A DNA stretch of 64,000 nucleotides from Octopus sinensis (taxonomy: Eukaryota): positions 139,438,001 through 139,502,000 of the forward strand of contig NC_042997.1 in NCBI RefSeq assembly GCF_006345805.1. The letters are read 5' to 3'. Under the pieces are notes generated by a model, which saw only the letters and a program-made list of their open reading frames with translations, was not told the origin of the DNA and did no database searches. This document shows positions 1 to 14,140 of the stretch, one piece after another. Numbering within the stretch: position 1 is the stretch's first letter; each line of letters starts with the position of its first letter. The position numbers and the translations under genes were made by a program.

Positions 1-67
1 TCATTAATAATTGATCAAAGTATAACTAATCAGTCATCAGATAATCAAAAATAATGTTTTCGCTTCC

Positions 68-277
68 ACGAGGTAAGTTCCTAGCTTTGGGTAAGAGAAA
101 ATACAAGAGGATCAGTTAATTATGATTTTATTCAACATATTCCCCTCTCAGATTCACACACTTATTTCAGCGGTCCTTCAGTTTTTCTAAGCCTTGTAAA
201 AAGCTCGGAAGATGGCGCCTTCAACCAGGCCTTTCGCGATGCCTATAAAGCCAGGAACTTTTCAGCACCACCTCGTA
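68..277. mobile_element. Mariner-type MITE (non-autonomous)
   Basis: Left end acgaggt-aagttcctagcttt matches the reverse complement of the right end aaagccaggaacttttcagcaccacctcgta apart from a short deletion; no coding capacity. Confidence 0.65.
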
Positions 278-844
278 TCTATCTATCTATATGTCTGTCT
301 GAACAAATCGACCACTGTACTTATTTTATAAAGCCTGGCACCTATTTCTTTTGCCTAACTGCTGAATTACAGAAGCACGAACAAACCAGTATTTGGTTAT
401 AAAGTGAGCTTCATAACCATACAGCCATGCCTGCACCTTTTATAAAAAAAAACACGTTCCCGCCCAGTGTAATATTGGGAAAGAATGTAGGGTAAGAATA
501 ACAAACAATTAAGTATACAAAAAGACCTACACACACTGATGCATATGTCACACTTTTGTATATCTTTATAAATACACATGTATTCGTGCCTCTTACAACA
601 CACAGTGGCAAATATACAATCATAAACGCATTTATACTTAAACACATACACACAATAAATCTCACAATAATTGGTACATACACACACACCACACACACAC
701 ACACTAGCTTTTCACTTCCTATAGAAAAAATTATAATAACAATGTTATTGATCAATATATCACACATCGTTGACTACGTAGCTTAAAACCCAAAACAACC
801 GTCTCAACACTTGATATACAGCTTCGCCTACACACACAGACACG

Positions 845-888
<44 letters not shown>

Positions 889-907
889 CGGACAGACAGA
901 CAGACAG

Positions 908-938
<31 letters not shown>

Positions 939-1070
939 ATAATAATGTCATAAAAAATACATAGACGTAGATAAATATTTCCCAGTTATACAGAATAAAT
1001 ATTTTGAACTAAACGATTTAACAACAGGGCTCAATAACGGTGAAAAAGAGAGAAATTTAGGGCGATAATT

Positions 1071-1810
1071 ACAGGGTGTTCGGCCTTAACTTGGCGATTC
1101 TTTTATATCTTTCTTCGGGAACAGCTTAGTATTGGTGAACAATCGATAGTGTTGGAGAGCATAAAGATTAAAGTTGTAGTTTAGGATAAGTTATCTGGCA
1201 TGGAGGACTGGAAGTTACCTGAATATTGGAAAATATTTCCCTGTTCTATGATAATTCGCTCCAGGTATCGAAATACCGACATCATGACTGATGTTCCACG
1301 TTCTGTGAACACAGTAAACGCTGTAAGGCATGATACGTACAGCTTCAACGGACTGTGTGATATCATGGCCGCAGGAAGAGACACAGCAGACCATCCGCCT
1401 GTGTCCGCACGCCTGAATTCATCACTGCATCTTTGAACAGTACTTTAAGCTCAATTCTGAAGGCTATATGAAGCTGTGGAGCCTGTGAGGAGAGTATTGT
1501 TGCTCGAAGGCCATACGTGTAACAGTAGGATTCGGCTCTTTGCCATGCCTCCTGAAAAAGTCAGAAGTGGTTGTCGGAGAATTTCTATGACTTCATCAGC
1601 CCCAATTTCTGGCCTCCGAATTCCCCTGAGTATAATTTCATGGATCATTGTGTGAGGGCACGATTGAGAAAGACACAAACCGCTCTGCTTGCAGCACCAA
1701 GACTGAGCTGGTGGACTAAAGGTGTTTGAAGGAATGCATACGCCAGATTCCGGAGCCGTCTTGAGGATGTGGTGGAAATTGAAGTGGATCTTTGAGCAAA
1801 CTGTTATCTC
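1071..1810 (+). pseudogene. Decayed maT/DD37D-type Tc1-mariner transposon
   Basis: Begins CAGGGTGTTC (TIR-like). 1507-1660 translates GRPYV*Q*DSALCHAS*KSQKWLSENFYDFISPNFWPPNSPEYNFMD, matching QQDxAPxH...WPPNSPDLNPxD; several stops. Confidence 0.7.
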
Positions 1811-2734
1811 CAGCTATAATTTAGTTGATATTTTTTGACTTTATAAAAGTACTTTTATTTTTAGATGGAGTATTGCGGTTCCTTTTCCTTCTAATAACCC
1901 GAACTTTCTGGAGAGGGCGCGATACGTAAATACAGCTGATGCGGTGAGATGCTTGAAAATAAAATCAAGCCACAAAATTAAAATATGTTCACAATATAAT
2001 CTATCTTCGAACGCAATTTGTGTTCCTTAAACACAGGGACACACAGATACGTATGACTGAGTGACATCTTCGTCAACAAAACTACAAAGAGATATGTAAA
2101 TGTATTTTTTTCCTTTTTTCATATACATTGCATTTCAGAAGACGCGAATAGATTCAATTGAATTGAAAATCTTCTAAGTGAGATTGCCCAAATTTCAAAC
2201 ACATCAGAGAGTTTTTGCATTCTACTTACAAGGACAATCTCCATAAATCGAGGGCTTTCAGTCTACTACATTATATATGTGAGACTCTACTTTGTGCATG
2301 CATACATACATACATGCATGCATACATACATACATACGTACGTACGTATGTGCGTATGTATGCATGTATGTATGTATCTATATGTGTGTGCGCACGCGTG
2401 TGTGTGTGTGTACGTATGCATGTACTTATGTAAATGCGTGCGTCTTCGTCCCCAAACCCGCTTAACAAACAACCGTTGTTGGTTTGTTCACGCCCCCGTA
2501 ATCTAGGGGTTCGGCAAAAAGAAACCGATAGCATAAATATCTGGAAGGCGGCGTGTGTAGCCCCTTGTGGACAGTAAAGAAATAAGGAAAAATATCAGAT
2601 TTAAAATGTGGTCCTACAGTTTGGCTGCAGTTCAGCTACCGAAATAAGTGAAAAATAATCAAAGAATAACAGTTAAACTAGAAGATATTCACATTTTTAA
2701 TGATACGAACGCACAGACAAACACAAATATATCG

Positions 2735-3155
2735 CTTATTTTTCACTTGTTTTAGTCTTTGGACTGCGACTGTGCTTGGATACCACCTTCAAAGGGTCGA
2801 ACATATCAGCAATAGTATGTATTTTTAAGCCTGATATTTATTCTATCGGTTCCTTTTCACCGAACCCCTAACTTACACAAAGAACACCGAACCCCTAACG
2901 TAAACAAAGCAACACCGATTATCAAACGGTGGTTGTAGGACAAGCACCGACACAAAAACACGCGCACATACACACAGACATGCACACAACACACACATAT
3001 ATGCGACGGGCTTCCGAACAGTTTCCGTCTGCCAAATTCACTGAAATGGTACTAGTCGGTCCGACGCTATAGTAGAAGATACTTCCCCGACACGAGGTGG
3101 GACTGAACCCGAAACTACGTGATAGTAAAGCAAACTCCTCGACCACACGGCCAAT
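2735..3155 (-). mobile_element. tRNA-derived SINE family A, diverged copy
   Basis: Colinear with 4832-5233 (cagtttccgtct.ccaaat.cact; gggactgaacccg). Confidence 0.75.
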
Positions 3156-4831
3156 TGCTTAAATAATTCAGTTGTACATATTAAATGTAAACATAAATTT
3201 GCACGTAGACGTCAAGAAATATAGATAGCAACAAACAAAGCGCATGGAATGACGAGAAATCATATAACCTGTTTTTTTTAAACTTATTCACTTGTGGATT
3301 TCAACAAATGTGACACTCCTGAAATGTGAGATCATTGTGACATATGTGAATCTTTTGATTGATTTTATGCGTTATATGAAACCTCACGCAATTCAACTTT
3401 TTATACCATTTAGGTCAAACTTTCAAATTTATATATATTTTATCAGTCAACAGAAACCTACCTATGAATTTTATAGAATGTAGCTTGTACATTCTAAATC
3501 CTGTACGATTTATGTTTCGATAGCAAAGAGTTTTGACTACTTTCAGTTTGCTATGGCAATGCTTCACTTTCTAATTTTATCTTCCTATACCACTGATCAC
3601 AGACTGAAAGTGTATTGTTAAAAATACTTGGTTGTTTCAGTGTGGTCTTCAAGATTTCGCTCTGAATAGTAAGGTAGAAGTATCACAGATATGTAGACAA
3701 CCAGCTTGAAGAGGAATCTTCTTTCCAGCAGCAGAGAAACATTCATCCGTTGGCGAAATTTACCACTAGCAGTGCATATCAAATATCCACACTTAATATA
3801 AAATATGTTTGGAGTTATAAAAATTAGAAAATAAATAAATGGATTTGACAAGCAGAGTATCGGAATCTCGATAAATTTGATACTTATTCGATGCAGTCAG
3901 AGTCGTTTCTTTTTCTTAGTCGAACTGTTAATGCATTAGTTGATATTCCAAATAATTTATTCGGTGGCATAAATTTAGTTTTAAGTGTCTGAGGATAATT
4001 ATATAAGAAATTTCATAGAATATATATTTATTTCAGGAATGTACTTTCTGGCAAGTGATTTGATCGCTGGTAGTGTGTTGAAGCAAAAGCGTGGAATGCA
4101 CGTATTAGCAGTTCGAGAAACACAAATGCTGTTGGCTTTACTTTATTGTTTGGTGTCAAAATTTTCATCGCTTCAATTGCGGCTTGGTCATTGTCAAGGT
4201 GCCTCTGCAGCGATTTAACTTAAATCTAAAGAGGGGGGGATCATCCCATCCATGCATGATAACCGAAAGACCGCGATTTCGATCATGCTGGGTTCCATTC
4301 GGCAGCAGTACAGTAGGAACCAGCAAGATCAAAATTGCGATCAATCAATTAAAAAAAAACATTCTGTCAGAGATTATAATTTCGAAAATATTCTATAACA
4401 TGCTTACATGGCAATATTATTTTGTTCACATTGTTTACCCAGTGAGTCAATATGAGTTTAATTCGTTATAATCATCAATCTACAACATATCCGTGAATGA
4501 GCAATGGGGAAAGTTTAAATGATATTTCCTTTAGTTTGACAAATATATTTGATTCTACTAACAGAAATAAAACATTCGGGAAAAAAAGGCGATCACTAGT
4601 TTACTGTTTACCAATGAATGTTATCTTAAGGATCATAAATCGGCAGGCCCTTGCCGTTTGTCTCATTTCTGCGAGCTGGAAAAGAGAACTACTTCATATC
4701 AGCTGTGTGTGTGTGTGTATACGATGGGCTTCTTTCAGTTTCCGTCTTCTGCTATAGCCTCGAACCGATCAAAACCTTGTGAGTAGACGGAAACTGAAAG
4801 AACCCTGTCTTGTATATATGTATATATATAC

Positions 4832-5231
4832 TCTTCTACTCTTTTACTTGTTTCAGTCATTTGACTGCGGCCATGCTGGAGCACCGCCTTTAGTCGAGCA
4901 AATCGACACCGGGTCTTATTCTTTGTAAGCCCAGTACTTATTCTATCGGTCTCTTTTGCCGAACCGCTAAGTGACGGGGACGTAAACACACCAGCAACGG
5001 TTGTCAAGCAATGCTAGGGGGACAAACACAGACACACAAACACACATACACATATATATATACATATATACGACAGGCTTCTTTCAGTTTCCGTCTACCA
5101 AATCCACTCACAAGGCATTGGTCGGCCCGGGGCTATAGCAGAAAACACTTTCCCAAGATGCCACGCAGTGGGACTGAACCCGGAACCATGTGGTTGGTTA
5201 GCAAGCTACTTACCACACAGCCACTCCTGCG

Positions 5232-5233
<2 letters not shown>
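4832..5233 (-). mobile_element. tRNA-derived SINE family A, full length
   Basis: Minus strand starts ggcgcaggagTGGCTGTGTGGtaag (A box) ... GGTTCAGTCC (B box); internal (TA/TG)n; tail ...gactgaaacaagtaaaagag. More than 10 related copies in the window. Confidence 0.9.
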
Positions 5234-5323
<90 letters not shown>

Positions 5324-5378
5324 ATATATGTATGTATGTATGTATGTTTGTATGTATGTATGTATGTATGTTTGTATG

Positions 5379-5430
<52 letters not shown>

Positions 5431-5439
5431 CATATATGT

Positions 5440-5630
5440 ATGTGTGTATATGTTGTGTGTTTGTGTTTGACCTCCCTCCATCGCTTGACAACCGAGGTTG
5501 GTGCGTTTACGTCCCCATAACTTAACGGTTCGGCAAAAGAAGCCGATAGAATAAGTACTAGGCTTACAAAGAATAAGTCCTGGGGTCCAGTATGGCCGTA
5601 GTCAAATGACTGAAACAAGTAAAAGAATAA
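5440..5630 (+). mobile_element. SINE family A, 3' half
   Basis: gcttgacaaccga...cggttcggcaaaag...gactgaaacaagtaaaaga; inverted relative to 4832-5233. Confidence 0.8.
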
Positions 5631-5923
5631 AATATATATATATATATAATTCAAATTTACAGAAGACAAAGTACGAAGACAGGTAAGGAAACAGCAAGCA
5701 GGCGTATTAGTTTGATGCTCGGGAAGAATAGAAAAGTCTTTGACGTTTCGAACTTACACTCTTCGACAGAAAAGGATGAAAAGGGAAAAAATGGAGAAAC
5801 AAAAATGAAGACAGAAAAAGACTGTGTAAGGATTAACATGATAAATATATAGTCCGTATTCATTTAAGAGAAGAAAATGGAGAGATAATGGTTAATAATT
5901 ATTTATTAATAAATTGATAATCA

Positions 5924-6022
5924 TTTATTCCTACAATTGTTTCAACTTGTACTCATTCAATAAATTACAAATTTATGCAATAAATATGCATTTATAAGTT
6001 ACGAACAAAATATCATCAGGGA
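5924..6022 (-). ncRNA. Penelope-type minimal hammerhead ribozyme motif (type I) with poly(A) signal
   Basis: Minus strand: cc-CTGATGA-[long AU-rich stem II]-GAAA-CAATTG-TA-gg-AATAAA; palindromic stem III, GUA triplet, cc/gg stem I. Confidence 0.6.
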
Positions 6023-6504
6023 TATATTAAACCTTAAAAAATTACATGTTGACCAATCTGTTCTTTCCAGCATAGTATATATATATGTGTGTGTGTGTAT
6101 GTATGTATGTATTTGTGTGTGTGTGAGAGAGAGAGAGAGAGTATATAATCTTTTATCCTTTATCTGCAGCAATGCTGGTGCATCACCTTGAAGAGTTTCG
6201 GTCGAATGAATAGAATCCAGTTCTTATATTTTAACAGTAGACACTTATTTATCGGCTCTCTTTTGCCGAACCTCTAGGTTATGGGTGCAAAACCGGTTGT
6301 TTGAAAGTCATGTTTTCATTTCATTTCAGACTACAGATGTATTAAATTTCATACATGTGAGGTCACTAATAACTTTCCCATGAAATTGCGCAGTTGTTTA
6401 GTTAACCTTTTTAAAGTAATGTTTTTATAAACAATGTCTGTGTGCGTGCATGTAAGAGTGAGTTTTTTGTTTGCGTTTGCGTTTGCGTATATATAAATGT
6501 GTGC

Positions 6505-6540
<36 letters not shown>

Positions 6541-7277
6541 TAGTTCGTCCGTCATTGTTGACAATACACATGCATATAAATATACATATAGACACACACA
6601 TAAAACTGCAAATGCATATATATACATATATATACACCCATACATATATGTGTGTGTATGCATACAAATGCATGCACACATACATATGCATACACATAGA
6701 TATGCATACACACACATACACACACACAAACAGGCATGTATATATATATATACATATACAAAAAACATATATGTACGTAGACACATATACACATACAGAT
6801 ATACAGATATATACGTATAAGTATATCAATTAAATTAAACATTTCGAAATCAATGTCTTTTTCCCCAAACGAGGACGGAATTCAGAGAGACAGTTATTTA
6901 CTAAATAAATATTTACCCTCCAGCATTCAAGGTGCTAACAATTCGGTTCTTTGTTCAAACATTTGCTAACTTGAAGCATAGTTGTTAATTTTTCACTCAG
7001 ACCTCACACAACATGTTTCATTTTGAAGTTACTGTTCCTGAATGTTTGTAATTTGCAATTCATGAGGATTTCTCTCACACAAGAATCTACATACATATGA
7101 GTGTGTATGCATATATATTTATCATGTATATATATGTATGTATATGTATATGTATATATATATATATATTATATATATATATGCCTATATATATATATAT
7201 ATATAATATATATATATATATTATATATATATATATAATATATATATATAGGCATATATATATACATATATATATAT

Positions 7278-7467
7278 AAATTATAATTAAGGGTATCTAA
7301 GATACCACGATGCTAGATATAGCATCAGCATAAACCTGAATCTATTCACTGCGGTGGTATTTTGACTATATCGCACGAGCAGTTTAGGTGGGCAATTTAA
7401 ACTGGTCGTGTGCATACGTGCATATATATATGTGTGTATACGTGCGTATCTGTAAGTATTCGTATGT

Positions 7468-7518
<51 letters not shown>

Positions 7519-7740
7519 ATTTATGTACTATTTTGTATGTATCCCACTGATGAGGCAAAGCATTTCTTATGCAAAGCCAGAAATCCGAGATCTGAAATTA
7601 TCTAATAATTTTTTGCTAGTTTATTTTGTCTCCTTGTCTTCTCTCCTGGCGCTGTATGAAAATTTAATGTGGTTTTAGAGTCAAGTTTTGGCTGCTATAT
7701 CTAGCATGGGGGTATCTTAGATACCCATCATTATAATTTT
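7278..7740 (+). mobile_element. Non-coding Penelope-like pLTR element with inverted termini and a hammerhead motif
   Basis: ~45-bp inverted ends (aattataattaagggtatctaagatacc.cgatgctagatatagca / tgctatatctagcatgggggtatcttagataccc.tcattataatt); hammerhead motif at 7545-7594; (TA)n on both sides. Confidence 0.65.
7545..7594 (+). ncRNA. Hammerhead ribozyme motif (type I, minimal)
   Basis: ca-CTGATGA-GGC-aaa-GCAT-ttctt-ATGC-aaa-GCC-a-GAAA-TCcgaGA-TC-tg; AUC triplet; one extra A before GAAA. Confidence 0.55.
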
Positions 7741-7834
7741 AATAATATGAGGTTTTTATTCTCATGCAAGCCACTTGATATGATTGGTATTTTAAATAAC
7801 GATCTTATCCTTATTTATATAAATTTATATATAT

Positions 7835-7883
<49 letters not shown>

Positions 7884-8290
7884 TATATACATATATATAT
7901 ATACACACACATATATATGTGCATACACTAACAATATCAGCAGCAGCAGCGAACGTGTGTATTACAGGATCACGTTAGCGGCTTCCTTAATCCTATTGTT
8001 AGCTTCTCTGTTCCTTCATTTCCTTTATATATCAATCTATAATACTAATAACCCGTGTTAGTAATTGAAATTATTTACCCAACTAAACCCCTACCTCCAT
8101 AAAAAAAAAGCAATGCGGGATCTACATATCTCCAAAATGAAGGATCTCTGTTTAGACGGTGAACAAGATGTGAAATCTGAAGAGGGTGAGAATAAAGACG
8201 GTAAAGGAGAAATGTCGGCCCAGAAACGCTTGTTTCCTTGGAATGGTGAAAATGGTCGTCCATCAAACAAAAAAAAATACATACTTAAAA

Positions 8291-8384
<94 letters not shown>

Positions 8385-8760
8385 TTCGATAATAAACTGT
8401 GGACGAGATCTGATAGGGTTGAATGTTTCCACATAGCAATGGAATCAAGCAACTCAGCACAAGTCACTGATGTTTTGGGAATGTGCATCCTATTCCAGAT
8501 GAAGTTCTGGTTTCCCAAACTGGACGGATGTAGTTTATATAAGGATGCTGCTCTCTTCATATTAGATTGTTGTAGTAGAATGGTGAGAAATTTTCTTGAT
8601 GTAATGATCTCTCTGAATATCGGATTATTTTAACTATACCAGAAACCGAACAAACATTTAAGGTACGTTAATAAAAATCCAATTATCCACACTCTATCAT
8701 AACAGGAATCATAAACAATATATCCAATCAAATATGTAGACTTTCGGCAAATGAAATATG
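8385..8760 (+). pseudogene. Decayed Penelope-like (Naiad/Chlamys-type) reverse transcriptase fragment
   Basis: WTRSDRVECFHIAMESSNSAQVTDVLGMCIL...YKDAAL...FLDVMISL...KSNYPHSI resembles PLE FDxxMGSxDxAxxxDLxG / YRDD / FLD / SNHP motifs; internally deleted. Confidence 0.6.
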
Positions 8761-9169
8761 TCGTCTTATTTTATTATACTTTTTCTTGGCTCTATAATAG
8801 TAAGAATATATGTAAGAAGTATGTGCGTATGTATGTGTGTGTGCGTGTGTGTGTATGTGTATGTATATATAAATAGATACATGTGTTATACATAAAGATA
8901 TAAAGACTACTTTGTATGTATGTTACACATTCAATCAAATTTTAATCTTACATGTATTGATGCGTAGTATGACCTGTCGGTCACGCTAGAGGATGAGGGG
9001 AGTGAAACAACTAAAAGAATGCAAGTGAATGACCCTTACAGATGTTAAAAGACAGACAACAGCATTTAGAGGCTTTGCTCCTAAGATGCTGATATTCTAA
9101 TCAAAACAAATCTAAATATTTTTATTGTAAATTGCATTTATTTTATTGGTTTCTCTCTCTCCCTCTCTG

Positions 9170-9204
<35 letters not shown>

Positions 9205-9711
9205 TACATGCACGCGCACATAATTATTTATATATGAAATTAAATACTTTTCAAAATATTCACATAACGTATATATAATTGTTAAGTGAATGATAATATA
9301 TCATATATATATATTTGTGCATGTGTGTGTGTGTGTGTGTGTACTTTCAATTTCTCCTTTCATTGTAGCCTTTTTTTTTCTTTGATTACCCTTTCTGTTA
9401 CACACCTTTATTTCCTTTTCTAAGTAAACGATATGATATTTTCCTGGTTTCATCGATCTAAAAAATGTAAACATGCGCGCGAACACACATTCATACACTA
9501 ACACACACATATGCACACGTGCATATCTATGTAGATGCATAGGTGTATATACATATGTATGTGTATACACATATGGAGAGAAATGGTAGGATATATGTCT
9601 ATTAAACAAATGTATATATATGTATATATATACAGAGAGGGGGAGGGATATGTCATAAAATAAATATATATATGTATATGTGCGTGTGCGTGTGCAATCT
9701 TCCTATCAATC

Positions 9712-9756
<45 letters not shown>

Positions 9757-9763
9757 TATATAT

Positions 9764-9806
<43 letters not shown>

Positions 9807-10065
9807 ATATATATATGTGTGTGTGTGTAGATATATATATATATATATATACGTTTATATATTTGTTGTGCAAGATTTTTTATGTGAAACCGTGTGTTGA
9901 AAAAGATATTGTTATATTTCGGAATGGTCATTTTGCCAGTTTAGCCAATAAAAACACACGCACTATATATTTGGTGTTATTTTGCTTTAGTGTTATTTAT
10001 TTTTTACATTAATCTTAATCTTATTTCGGCCAGAGTTCTTTTGTCACACTTCTGTGACCGTATCA

Positions 10066-11140
10066 ACATAGTGGTAAACGCACCCCCACAAGAGAGTATT
10101 CTTGAAATAGAAATAGAAACTAATACTATGGAGAGCATCCAGCAAATAGCTAACTCCATCCACCAGAGTATTAAGGTCACAATAGACTACCCCACTAAAC
10201 ACCCCAACCATAGACTACCGGTACTGGACACAGGACTCTGGCTAGAAACTGTGAATAATAAAACCCAAATCCTTCATTGGTACTATGCCAAACCAATGGC
10301 CTCAAAATACTTGATCCACCGGAACTTAGCCATTACGGACAATGCCAAATTCAATATTTTGATGGCAGACCTCGTCAGAATAAGGAGAAATGTGTCACGC
10401 ATGTGCGAGCCTACAGAGTTAAAGAGACACATACATTTCATTCACCGCATGCAGTTCTCAGGTTACAGCCATAAATAAAGGATCAGAGTATACAAAGGAG
10501 CCATGAAGAAATTTGATAATATATTATGTAATGATAGGAATGGGATTTGCCCACTCTATAGGAACATGTCATGGAACACTATAGAAAAGACAAAGAAGAA
10601 AATAGGAAAGGCCAACTCTTGGTATGATAGCCATAAATACCAGAGTGTCATGTTCGTTGACACCACCCCTGGAGGTGAACTGGCGTACCGCTTTAGAAGG
10701 ACCCAAGACAAACTTAAGCTAAGGATTAAGGTTGTTGAAAAGCCAGGTAACCCTATCAAATCCGTAATCGGTAGAACCTACCCTTTTAGTAGAACCCCCT
10801 GTACGGATAGGTACTGTACTGTGTGTAGATTTAGCCCACAAACAAACTGTAAAGCCAGAAATGTAGTCTATAGTATAAGATGTATAGAGGGACGATGCAA
10901 TAACAAGACAACAACATACGTAGGAGAAACGGCACGAAGCATAGGAGAGCGGGTAAATGGACATTGGAGAGAACTTAAGGGAGGTAAAAGCTCATCGATT
11001 CTGTACCAACACGCCGAACAGGAACACGAGGGATCAATCAACAACATAGAAGTTAAAATCTTGTCCACACATAGAACAGATGCAACAATCAGACAATTAC
11101 AGAAGCTACACACATAATAGAAGATAAACCTAGCCTGAAT
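10066..11140 (+). pseudogene. PLE ORF remnant: RT thumb plus GIY-YIG endonuclease
   Basis: ORFs 9990-10478 (LPVLD..YYAKPMAS) and 10503-11117 (CTDRYCTVC...CKARNVVYSIRC...YVGETARSIGERVNGH...SILYQHAEQEH), separated by a single in-frame stop. Confidence 0.85.
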
Positions 11141-11312
11141 AGGAAACTGGAATGGAACACTAGCACCCACCACAACATATGACGGTAGAGGATCCCCATA
11201 AACTGGTTACAATATAAACAAAACCGAAAACATAATAACTAAAATACACAGATAAATAAACAAATAGAAATAAATAACTATATAAGTTTTTTTGCTTAAT
11301 TTAAAAGATTTT

Positions 11313-11372
<60 letters not shown>

Positions 11373-11852
11373 TAGTATTGTTGTTATACATACATACATA
11401 CATACATACATACATACATACATACATACATACATACATACATACATACATACATACATACATACATACGGATTAAGGTTGTTGAAAAGCCAGGTAACCC
11501 TATCAAATCCGTAATCGGTAGAACCTACCCTTTTAGTAGAACCCCCTGTACGGATAGGTACTGTACTGCGTGTAGATTTAGCACACAAACAAACTGTAAT
11601 GATAATAATAATAAGTGGATGTAAACACATGAAAAAAATAAGAATAAACAAAAACAACAACAAAAACAAATTACACGAACGTATATAAACAGAAGATACA
11701 AATATTACAGGCATCCCCCCAAACACACACACTAACTAAACATAGATGCACATAGAGATATAAGCATGCGCAAATGAAGACATACAATAGAAATACAAAA
11801 TGGCTGACGGTTAGTAAGGAGAGACACAAATAAGAAAGAAGAAAACAAAGGA

Positions 11853-11892
11853 CCACTGATGCGGCCACAAGAGTGTGACGAAAGAACTCTGG
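11853..11892 (+). ncRNA. Variant hammerhead motif in the PLE pLTR
   Basis: CCA-CTGATG(cg)-GCCAC-aagagt-GTGAC-GAAA-GaaC-TC-TGG; A9 is substituted; inverted decayed copy near 10027-10065. Confidence 0.5.
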
Positions 11893-12014
11893 CCGAAATA
11901 AGATTAAGATTAATGTAAAAAATAAATAACACTGAAGCAAAATAACACCAAATATATAGTGCGTGTGTTTTTATTGGCTAACTGGCAAAATGACCATTCG
12001 GAAATATAACAATA

Positions 12015-12054
<40 letters not shown>

Positions 12055-12482
12055 CATATATCGCGGTGATTAGACGCATTCTTGTCTGTCTCCTGTCAGA
12101 ACTTGTTTCTCTGCGTTCAACAACTCAACTCGTCTAGGCTTAGCAGCACTTCCTGTCTGTTTTCACTATCTTGTTTTTGTTGCTGGAGCAACTGTTATGT
12201 CGAAAACGTATCTTGTTTTGAAATTCTCGAAATACGAAGTAGAAAAACAGCCAGCAACTGATGAAGGGTCGTTTTCTCGTATTGCTTGTCTTGTTTTCCG
12301 CGTTTGTTTCTTTCGTTCGCAGAAAAAGTTCGTATTCCATGTTTTCGTATTTTGTGTTTATTTTATGTTGTTTACGTTCCGTACTGTCGTGTGCCTGTAT
12401 ATGCATGTGAATACAACTATATGTATGTACTTATATATGTGTATGTATGCATATATATTTATATTATATTATATAGCACTAA

Positions 12483-13130
12483 AATGTGACAACCGATGCA
12501 GATATCAGCCACATCATAAGCAGTTGTCTGAAAATGTCATCACGGTTATGTCTACCGATGAGATGTGATGTTGTAGCTAGGACACTGTATAATGAGATCC
12601 ATTGGAAGGATAATCCCGAGGTCAAAGATATAAGAACTCACAGTATGGTAGAAGCCATAGTTACTCATAATAGTTACTCATAATAAAAAGGAGTACTGAT
12701 GAAAACATCGATAAAAAGTAAATATAATAATTTGGGATGGAGAAGAGAAACTGTGCACAATTGTGGAAATCAGCTGCGGATGTTAAAGCTAAAGATCAGC
12801 GAAAAAGAGAATACCTACGCTTAACTATTGAGAAATATGCAGTCACTTTATACATATTACAAGCTCAGGTTTATACCTGTAATTATTGGGGCCTTGAGAT
12901 ATGTAGCAGACCACCTAAAATGCTAATCTTGAGAAATTAGGCTTCTCAAAAAGCAGAAAAGAGAAAGCCAGTTCGAGGACTACAAATTCAAACCATCACT
13001 GGAACTGTAAAGTTCTCTAAAGCTTTCCAGAAGTTTAACATTTAAGTATATATGAGCATGACTAGGCTTACAAGTAAGTATACGCATGAAAATACATACG
13101 TAAAACAAAATATACAAATTTGCACGTATA
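12483..13130 (+). pseudogene. R4/Dong-type RLE LINE 3' fragment (family 1)
   Basis: DISHIISSCLKMSSRLCLPMRCDVVARTLYNEI (CCHC-adjacent region) ... LQIQTITGTVK; the 3' end runs into (CATA)n at 13128-13202. Confidence 0.75.
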
Positions 13131-13579
13131 CATACATACATACATACATACATACATACATACATACATACATACATACATACATACATACATACATACA
13201 TACACCTACTTTACACATGTTTCAGCCATTGCTTCCGGAATTAGACTTCGGACATGTCGGTGCAGACTTGAAGAATTTTTACAAACGAATTGACCCCAAT
13301 ACTAAATTTTTTTAAGCCTGGTACATTTTATTTCTATCCGTCTATTATGCCGGGCAGATAGTTTGTTTACAGGCACATAAACAAATTATCGTCGGTTGTC
13401 AAGCAGTCGTAGACGCAAAAATAGCACAAAGACACAAATATATACGTAGATAGATAGATACATACATACATACATACATACATACATACATACATACATA
13501 CATACATACATACATACATACGTACATACATACATACATATATATATATTTATGTATATATACATACATTATATATCAC

Positions 13580-13955
13580 GCGGCACTCCGTCGGTTGCGA
13601 CGACGAGGGTTCCAGTTGATCCGATCAACGGAACAGCCTGCTCGTGAAATTAACGTGCAAGTGGCTGAGCACTCCACAGACACGTGTACTCTTAACGTAG
13701 TTCTCGGGGAGATTCAGCGTGACACAGAGTATGACACTATACAGGTACAACAGAAACAGAAAGAAAGAGTGAGAGGAAGTTGTGGTGAGTACAGCAAGGT
13801 TCGCCACCACCCCTTGCCGGAGACTCGTAGAGCTTTAGGTGTTTTCGCTCAACAATCACTCACAACATCCGGTCTGGGAACTGAAACCGCGATCCTGAAA
13901 CTGCGATCCTACGACCGCGAGTTCACTACCCTAACCACTAGGCCTTTGTGCCTCC
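13580..13955 (-). mobile_element. tRNA-derived SINE family C
   Basis: Minus-strand head ggaggcaca..GGCCTAGTGGTTAGGG...GGTTTCAGTTCC; colinear with 62929-63308. Confidence 0.85.
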
Positions 13956-13992
13956 ATACATTTTATATGTATATGTTTGTGTGTGTGTGTGT

Positions 13993-14062
<70 letters not shown>

Positions 14063-14140
14063 AATATATAATATATATGCACACACGCACATATATATAT
14101 ATATATATATATTTTATATATATATATGTATATGTATATA

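Larger units (their letters stand above)
9870..12015 (+). mobile_element. Penelope-like element, 5'-truncated, with inverted pLTR copies at both ends
   Basis: RT C-terminus plus GIY-YIG coding region; 9905-10064 is an inverted copy of 11857-12015; (TA)n on both sides. Confidence 0.85.

Noticed and set aside
3618-4471. Short ORFs in unique sequence as host exons
   Set aside because: No recognisable domain and no convincing splice-site pair.
8174-8240. Hammerhead candidate CTGAAGA-GGGT...GCCC-a-GAAA
   Set aside because: Stem II is plausible but stem I cannot form; at best a decayed copy.
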